DNA of 32,000 nucleotides from Wolbachia endosymbiont of Pentalonia nigronervosa (GTDB lineage Bacteria; Pseudomonadota; Alphaproteobacteria; Rickettsiales; Anaplasmataceae): NCBI RefSeq assembly GCF_014534705.1, contig NZ_JACVWV010000001.1, positions 1 to 32,000 of the forward strand, read 5' to 3'. Shown piece by piece: positions 26,703 to 32,000 of this stretch (position 1 is its first letter; each line of letters starts with the position of its first letter). The notes under the pieces were generated by a model. It saw only the letters and a program-made list of their open reading frames with translations, ran no database searches and was not told where the DNA came from. The position numbers and the translations under genes were made by a program.

Positions 26703-26754
26703 AACAGTTCAGATCAATATGACTTATACTACCAAACTGGTAGGGAAAATCAAT

Positions 26755-26881
26755 AGACCTCTTGCAAAACCTATTTCTGACGGCAATTTTGTTTGCCTAC
26801 GCTCCTCAAATACATCCTGCGGTGCTCGCCTGCGTTTCTCCTAAAACGTTTCTCGTCATAAATCGGTTTTGCAAGAGGTCT
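26755..26881. repeat. Palindromic MITE-like repeat, the 127-bp reference copy, in the divergent mrpD-like / truA intergenic region.
   Basis: The left arm AGACCTCTTGCAAAACCTATTTCTGACG and the reverse complement of the right arm AGACCTCTTGCAAAACCGATTTATGACG pair over 28 nt with 2 mismatches. The core GCTCCTCAAATACATCCTGCGGTGCT is shared with the other copies. Confidence 0.88.
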
Positions 26882-27018
26882 AATCTACAAACCCCAGGGC
26901 TACCTAATGAAAAGATCTGATAGGTATTTCTTCCTATTAACATAGAACAAGTAAAATCTAATTTGCAAAGCAAAATAAATTGAGTGTAATGTAGATATTA
27001 TACCTTGAACTTAACACC

Positions 27019-27756
27019 GTGCGTTATAAGATCGTAATAGAATACAACGGCAGTAATTTCTCCGGTTGGCAAAAACAAAAACACTCTGTAAATTCAATAC
27101 AAGAAGTAGTGGAAAATGCTATATTTAATTTTACTGGTGAAAGAGTCGCTTTATATTGTGGTGGTAGAACTGACGCAGGAGTTCACGCTTTAGGACAAGT
27201 TGCGCATTTTGACATGCAAGCAGAATTTGAACTTTATAGAGTAAGAAACGCAATAAACTACCATTTGAAATCAACAGCTGTATCTATACTGGATGTAGAA
27301 ATTGTTGATGATATATTTCATGCGCGATTTTCAGCAAAAAAGAGGTATTATGAATATAAAATAATTAATCGCTACGCTCCTGCAGTTCTGGAAGCTGGGT
27401 ATGTGTGGCAAGTATTTAAACCACTTGATGTAAATATCATGCGTGAGGCTGCCGAATATTTACTTGGAAAACATGACCTTTCAAGCTTTCGTTCGAAGGA
27501 TTGCCAGGCAAAAGATCCAGTAAAAACAATTGATAATATAGACATAATACAAAATAGAAATCACATATATATTAAGATATCTGCTCTTTCTTTTTTACAT
27601 AATCAAGTAAGAATCATGGTGGGCACTTTGGTTGAATTTGGAATAAATAACACTGACCCACGTGAAATGTTAAAAATATTAAATCACTGTAAAAGAAGTG
27701 CTGCTGGAATTACAGCACCACCTTTTGGTTTATATTTAGTAAAAATAGATTATTAA
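27019..27756 (+). CDS. truA: tRNA pseudouridine(38-40) synthase TruA.
   Basis: 245 aa with a GTG start. YNGSNFSGWQKQ and the catalytic GRTDAGVHALGQVAHF motif. Confidence 0.92.
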   Translation: MRYKIVIEYNGSNFSGWQKQKHSVNSIQEVVENAIFNFTGERVALYCGGRTDAGVHALGQVAHFDMQAEFELYRVRNAINYHLKSTAVSILDVEIVDDIFHARFSAKKRYYEYKIINRYAPAVLEAGYVWQVFKPLDVNIMREAAEYLLGKHDLSSFRSKDCQAKDPVKTIDNIDIIQNRNHIYIKISALSFLHNQVRIMVGTLVEFGINNTDPREMLKILNHCKRSAAGITAPPFGLYLVKIDY

Positions 27757-27801
27757 CCATCTTGTGTTTTAGATCCAGAGATACTGTACACCTAAGCTTT
27801 T

Positions 27802-29619
27802 CTACTTCTCTTGCATCCATAGTGGGTGTTTATGAATAATTTCTGCTAATTCTTTATTAATTCCAGGCACATTCTGAATTTCAGTTATTGAGGCTTTACT
27901 TATGTTTTCAATGGAGCCAAAGTAAGATATTAATGCTTTGCTTCTCTTGTCGCCAATACCAGGTATTTCATTTAATTGTGAAACTAAAAACTGTTTATCA
28001 CGTTTTTTTCTGTGTGTAGTAATAGCAAAGCGGTGAGCTTCGTTACGCAACAGTTGCAAGTAAAGCATGATCTGATTATTATATTCCAAACTAAATTCTT
28101 CTCTATTTGGCATATAAAATCTCTCTTTTCCTGCATTACGATCTGGACCCTTTGCTATGCAAGCAAAAGGAACATTGATGTTTAATGTCTTCAACACATT
28201 TTCTACTACGGAAACATGCCCTGGTCCACCATCAATAAGCAAAAAATCAGGTATTACGTCTTTTATACTGCCAGAAAAACGTCTTGTCAGTACTTCTTCC
28301 ATCATTCTATAGTCATCACCCAGGATTTTTCCTTTGATAGTGAATTTTCTATATTCATTGTGCAGAAAACCTTCCTGCCCAGCAACAACCATCACACCAA
28401 CTTGTTGATGTCCAGATGTATGGCTATTATCATAAATTTCAATACGTTGTGGAATATTTGGCAAACAGAAGATTTTAGCCAAGTCTTCTAGCTTTTCCAG
28501 ATTATTCTTATGATCTATAAGCTTTTGCTCTAAGCTATGTTGAGCATTACTGTAAATGGACTTCAGTAAGTCACGTTCTTGCTTGTTTTTTGCATATAGT
28601 ATGGTTATTGATTTTTGAGTGGTTTGACGCAACGCTTGTTCTATAATTTCAATATTATTCATGCAGTGAGGAACATAGATTCTTAATGGCAGGTCAGATG
28701 TCTGATACGAGTGGACTAAAAAAGTAGATAAAATATCATCATCCGAATGATCACTACAGTTTTCAATGAAGTAAGGAATATCGCCATAGTTACACCTATT
28801 TCTAAATGACAACACATGAATACAAGCTAAGTCTCCTTTACGTGCAATATTGAGAAAATCTGCGTCTTTTTCAAAAAAGAAGTCGATAACTTTGATCTGA
28901 ACTTGTGCAAGAGATTTTAACCTATCCCTATACACAGCAGCGCGTTCATATTCTTCTGCATTACTACATCTTTGCATCGCGGAGAGTAATTGTTTTTCTA
29001 CTTTTTTATTCTTGCCAGCTAATGTAGCTTGTGCTTGTTTTACTAATTTACCATAATCATTCTTTGTGATTTTGTTTACACACGGTGCTGAGCAACGGTG
29101 CATTTGATATTCAATGCATGCTTTTTTTGCTGAAAGGAAGGAGCGATCTGAACACGTTCTTAATAGAAAGGCTTTTTGCAATGACTCCATAGTATTTTTG
29201 ACTGCAGTGGCAGAAGGAAACGGACCGTAGTAATAAAATTCATTTTTTTTAAATTTACCACGAAACTTCGCTATCATTGGATATTCATGTTTAGAAATTG
29301 TGATATAAGGGTAAGATTTTCCGTCTTTGAGTAAAATATTATAAGGTGGGTGCAAGGATTTTATTAATTGTGCTTCAAGCAAAAGGGCTTCAATTTCATT
29401 TTCAGTAATAAAAACTTCTATTTTGACTACTTTTGAAAGCATGACTCTGATTCGTTCAGAAAGATTTTCAACATGAACGTAAGCAGATAACCTGGATTTT
29501 AAATTTTTTGCTTTCCCAATGTATAAAATTCTATTTTTATCTCCTATCATTTTATACACACCACAAGATTGTGGAGAGAAATTAATTTGTTCTTTTATTA
29601 TTGCTTGAACATTGATCAT
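27802..29619 (-). CDS. uvrC: Excinuclease ABC subunit C.
   Basis: 605 aa. N-terminal GIY-YIG (GVYKM...ILYIGKAKNL), a UVR domain, an endonuclease domain, and a C-terminal (HhH)2 (IPGIGDKRSKALISYFGS). Confidence 0.95.
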   Translation of the reverse strand: MINVQAIIKEQINFSPQSCGVYKMIGDKNRILYIGKAKNLKSRLSAYVHVENLSERIRVMLSKVVKIEVFITENEIEALLLEAQLIKSLHPPYNILLKDGKSYPYITISKHEYPMIAKFRGKFKKNEFYYYGPFPSATAVKNTMESLQKAFLLRTCSDRSFLSAKKACIEYQMHRCSAPCVNKITKNDYGKLVKQAQATLAGKNKKVEKQLLSAMQRCSNAEEYERAAVYRDRLKSLAQVQIKVIDFFFEKDADFLNIARKGDLACIHVLSFRNRCNYGDIPYFIENCSDHSDDDILSTFLVHSYQTSDLPLRIYVPHCMNNIEIIEQALRQTTQKSITILYAKNKQERDLLKSIYSNAQHSLEQKLIDHKNNLEKLEDLAKIFCLPNIPQRIEIYDNSHTSGHQQVGVMVVAGQEGFLHNEYRKFTIKGKILGDDYRMMEEVLTRRFSGSIKDVIPDFLLIDGGPGHVSVVENVLKTLNINVPFACIAKGPDRNAGKERFYMPNREEFSLEYNNQIMLYLQLLRNEAHRFAITTHRKKRDKQFLVSQLNEIPGIGDKRSKALISYFGSIENISKASITEIQNVPGINKELAEIIHKHPLWMQEK

Positions 29620-31853
29620 TACTTAATCTGTATTAGGCTAAAATCCGCTACCAAATGAAAAATGGAAACTACTTTAACCAATAGAGATAATCTGTTTTTT
29701 CTTAATTCACTAGAATCGCAATTAATTTTTACATTGTCCATAAATTGATTGAGAGGTGGAACAAAGCTTACAAGTTCATCAAGTGCTGCACTAAAATGGT
29801 TATTTTTTACTGCTTGCTTGATGCTTTCAAAGGAGGTCATAACGCAACTTGATAATTCAACCTCTTCACTCTCAATTAAAAACCTTTTGCTGTAACACTC
29901 TTTGTAAGTAACTTTATCTTTTTGGCTTGCTTTATGAACTATATTACTAACTCTTTTATATATGTTGAGAATTTGTACGCCTTTTTGCTCATTAAGATAG
30001 CTGTCCAACATAGCTATCTGTCTTTGTGCTGTTAATAAATCGTTAACATTATTTCTGTGTAATATTGAATCTATGATATCCCGTTTCATATTCTTATTTT
30101 TTAGGATAACTTTAAACCTTTCCAAACAGAATTTAAATACTAATTCTGAAATCTGCTTTCTATCTGGTCTGTTGTGTTTTTCAACTGGTACAGTATCTTT
30201 AGTGAGTGCCGTTCTCGAGTATAAAGATACTGATTTATCTATTAATAACTTTATTGGAATATGTAAATTGTTTTCAAGTATTAATCTAATTATACCAATA
30301 GATATTCTCCGCAAACCAAACTGATCATATGAGCTAGAGATTTTTTCTCCTGCTGCAACCAGACCAACCAAACTATCCATTTTATCAGCGAGAGATACAG
30401 CAATTGCTGAAGGGGATGTGGGACACTCTTGATCAGGTCCAACTGGTTTATAATGCTCTACTATGGATTCTACTACTTCTTGATCTTCGTGAAAATGAGC
30501 TGCATAATGCCCACCCATTATTCCTTGTAGCTCATGAAATTCTCTGACTATTGATGTTGCTAAGTCAGCTTTTGCTAAATATGCAGCACGTTCAACCTTA
30601 ATTAATGAGGCATGAGGAATCCATATGGCTATATATTTTGATAGAGCTATAATACGTTTTACTTTTTCCTGAACACTGCCAAGATAACCATGGAATGATA
30701 TTGAATCTAGTTTATTCACATAGTAATCTAAGTTATGCTTTTTGTCCTGAGATATTAAAAATTGAGCATCAGCAAGGCGCGCTTCTAATATTTTTTCATG
30801 TCCTTTAATGACATTATCATTTTTAACGTTAACAACAGTAGCAAAATATAAAATCTTTTGCCCATCGCTCAAAGCAAGATACTTCTGTTGTGTATGTACT
30901 ATACTGAGTATTACTTCCTTAGGTAGTTCGGCAGATTTTTCTTGATTTACTTTACCAAATAATACAATCGGATATTCTATCAATCCGGTTAATTCATTCA
31001 ATAAATAGTCATTTTGTTCAAGTTGTAAATTATGTTTTTTGGTAAAATCTTTAATCTGATCTAATATGAACTGCTTTCTTTTATCCTGTTGAAGAATAAC
31101 GTTATTTTTTTCTAACAATTTAAAGTAGTCTTGTGGTGTTTCTACGGTTAAAACTTGATTAGACCTCTTTCGAAACTCAATTTCTGATGGCAATTTTGTT
31201 ATCGAAGCTGAACTACGCTCCTCAAATACATCCTGCGGTGCTTCGCTTGCACTTCTCCTCTCACCATAAATCGGGTTCGAAAGAGGTCTATTGTGTGAAA
31301 GCAGGCGATGACCGTAAGTTACATTAGATGCAGTAATTCCAGCAAAAGATATAGGGATGACTTCACCGTCCAAAATACATAGAATGTTTTTAATTGGTCT
31401 TACCCATCTTTCTTTTCTTGTACCCCACCTCATGCTCTTAGGCCACGAAAAATTTTTCAGCATTTCTTCTAACTGATTGCCAAGAAATTCTTTTATGTTA
31501 AAAGCACAACTGTCTCTTTTTATAAAGTAAAAATCTTCGTCATTTATTTTGCGGATAAAGACATCCTCCATACTTTTTTGGTTTTTTCTTAAAAAACCCT
31601 CTAAAGCATCCTGTGCTGCATTAACATTTGGACCTTTAATTTCATCATTGGAGCTTTTTAGCTCTAAGATCCTTATGTCATCGATAAAAAGAGTGATACG
31701 ACGTGCTGTGATGAAAACCTCTATAGATGAAAATTTTATATTATTCTTATGAAAGGTACTGGTAATATAATTCTTAATTTGCGTTACCGCTAAATTATGC
31801 ATTCTTGATGGTATTTCTTCAGAAAGACACTCAAATAATAACTGTGATGACAT
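29619..31853 (-). CDS. glyS: Glycine--tRNA ligase beta subunit, carrying a 43-residue in-frame repeat-derived insertion.
   Basis: 744 aa. N-terminal LLFECLSEEIPSRM, TYGHR, and a C-terminal anticodon-binding region. It lies directly downstream of glyQ. Residues 189-231 are encoded by the palindromic repeat at 31161..31289. Confidence 0.93.
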   Translation of the reverse strand: MSSQLLFECLSEEIPSRMHNLAVTQIKNYITSTFHKNNIKFSSIEVFITARRITLFIDDIRILELKSSNDEIKGPNVNAAQDALEGFLRKNQKSMEDVFIRKINDEDFYFIKRDSCAFNIKEFLGNQLEEMLKNFSWPKSMRWGTRKERWVRPIKNILCILDGEVIPISFAGITASNVTYGHRLLSHNRPLSNPIYGERRSASEAPQDVFEERSSASITKLPSEIEFRKRSNQVLTVETPQDYFKLLEKNNVILQQDKRKQFILDQIKDFTKKHNLQLEQNDYLLNELTGLIEYPIVLFGKVNQEKSAELPKEVILSIVHTQQKYLALSDGQKILYFATVVNVKNDNVIKGHEKILEARLADAQFLISQDKKHNLDYYVNKLDSISFHGYLGSVQEKVKRIIALSKYIAIWIPHASLIKVERAAYLAKADLATSIVREFHELQGIMGGHYAAHFHEDQEVVESIVEHYKPVGPDQECPTSPSAIAVSLADKMDSLVGLVAAGEKISSSYDQFGLRRISIGIIRLILENNLHIPIKLLIDKSVSLYSRTALTKDTVPVEKHNRPDRKQISELVFKFCLERFKVILKNKNMKRDIIDSILHRNNVNDLLTAQRQIAMLDSYLNEQKGVQILNIYKRVSNIVHKASQKDKVTYKECYSKRFLIESEEVELSSCVMTSFESIKQAVKNNHFSAALDELVSFVPPLNQFMDNVKINCDSSELRKNRLSLLVKVVSIFHLVADFSLIQIK
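31161..31289. repeat. Palindromic MITE-like repeat, a 129-bp copy lying in frame inside glyS.
   Basis: Termini AGACCTCTTTCGAA.../...TTCGAAAGAGGTCT and the core CGCTCCTCAAATACATCCTGCGGTGCT match the intergenic copies. The boundaries coincide with codon boundaries of GlyS R189 and S231. Confidence 0.88.
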
Positions 31854-31856
31854 ATG

Positions 31857-32000
31857 CTATTTACTCATGTATAATTCACAACATTTTTTTGTCAGCTCTC
31901 TAACCCTACCTATATATGCTGTACGTTCATTTACACCCAATACGCCTCTTGCATCAAGTAAATTAAGTAGGTGGCTAGTTTTAATACATTGTTCATAGGC
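31857..32000 (-). CDS. glyQ: Glycine--tRNA ligase alpha subunit, C-terminal 47 codons (partial at the window edge).
   Basis: The reverse complement translates to [47 protein letters not shown]. The SH.FN.LDARG..SV.ER..YI.R.R pattern is the conserved GlyQ C-terminus. The stop lies 3 nt before the glyS start. Confidence 0.9.
   Translation of the reverse strand, partial: AYEQCIKTSHLLNLLDARGVLGVNERTAYIGRVRELTKKCCELYMSK

Noticed and set aside
26900-26909. A 10-mer CTACCTAATG identical to the IS/comF junction sequence at 191..200; possible solo IS end.
   Set aside because: Only 5 nt correspond to the IS side and similarity stops immediately. This is most likely a chance match in AT-rich DNA.
3951-31289. 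Whether the recurring repeats of about 127 bp could be a CRISPR array or attachment sites of an integrated element.
   Set aside because: The copies are kilobases apart and are not regularly spaced with short spacers. No cas genes, integrase or phage genes lie between or beside them. The internal palindromic structure fits MITE/RPE-like elements instead.

Overview
The window is AT-rich and densely coding. It looks like chromosomal DNA from a Rickettsiales endosymbiont, most consistent with Wolbachia. That assignment rests on the housekeeping gene set, ankyrin-repeat genes, an IS5-type element and short palindromic repeats, one of which sits inside a coding gene.

Most of the window is ordinary core genome:
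- cox11/ctaG, a BI-1 family gene, typA, tRNA-Arg(UCU), murG and mutS
- a SURF1 family gene, bfr, RDD and HAD family genes, and the degP-hflC-hflK cluster
- sdhB, a PAS-like gene, rpmI-rplT-fmt and trhO
- ffh, an mrpD-like gene, truA, and the uvrC-glyS-glyQ run

I see no multi-gene defence, toxin-antitoxin, CRISPR, prophage or cif-like system. The non-routine content is:
1. A family of roughly 127-bp palindromic MITE-like repeats with at least four copies. One copy of exactly 129 bp sits in frame inside glyS and adds 43 residues.
2. An IS5-family element at the left edge that truncates comF exactly at the IS terminus.
3. Three lineage-specific, effector-like genes. One is a 777-aa ankyrin protein with internal DNA repeats. 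One is a 640-aa disordered protein with a long Gly/Ala/Val hydrophobic core and an adjacent segment reminiscent of alpha-synuclein. One is a small ankyrin protein with C-terminal transmembrane segments.

All functional calls come from reading the supplied translations and the DNA by eye. No database search was run.
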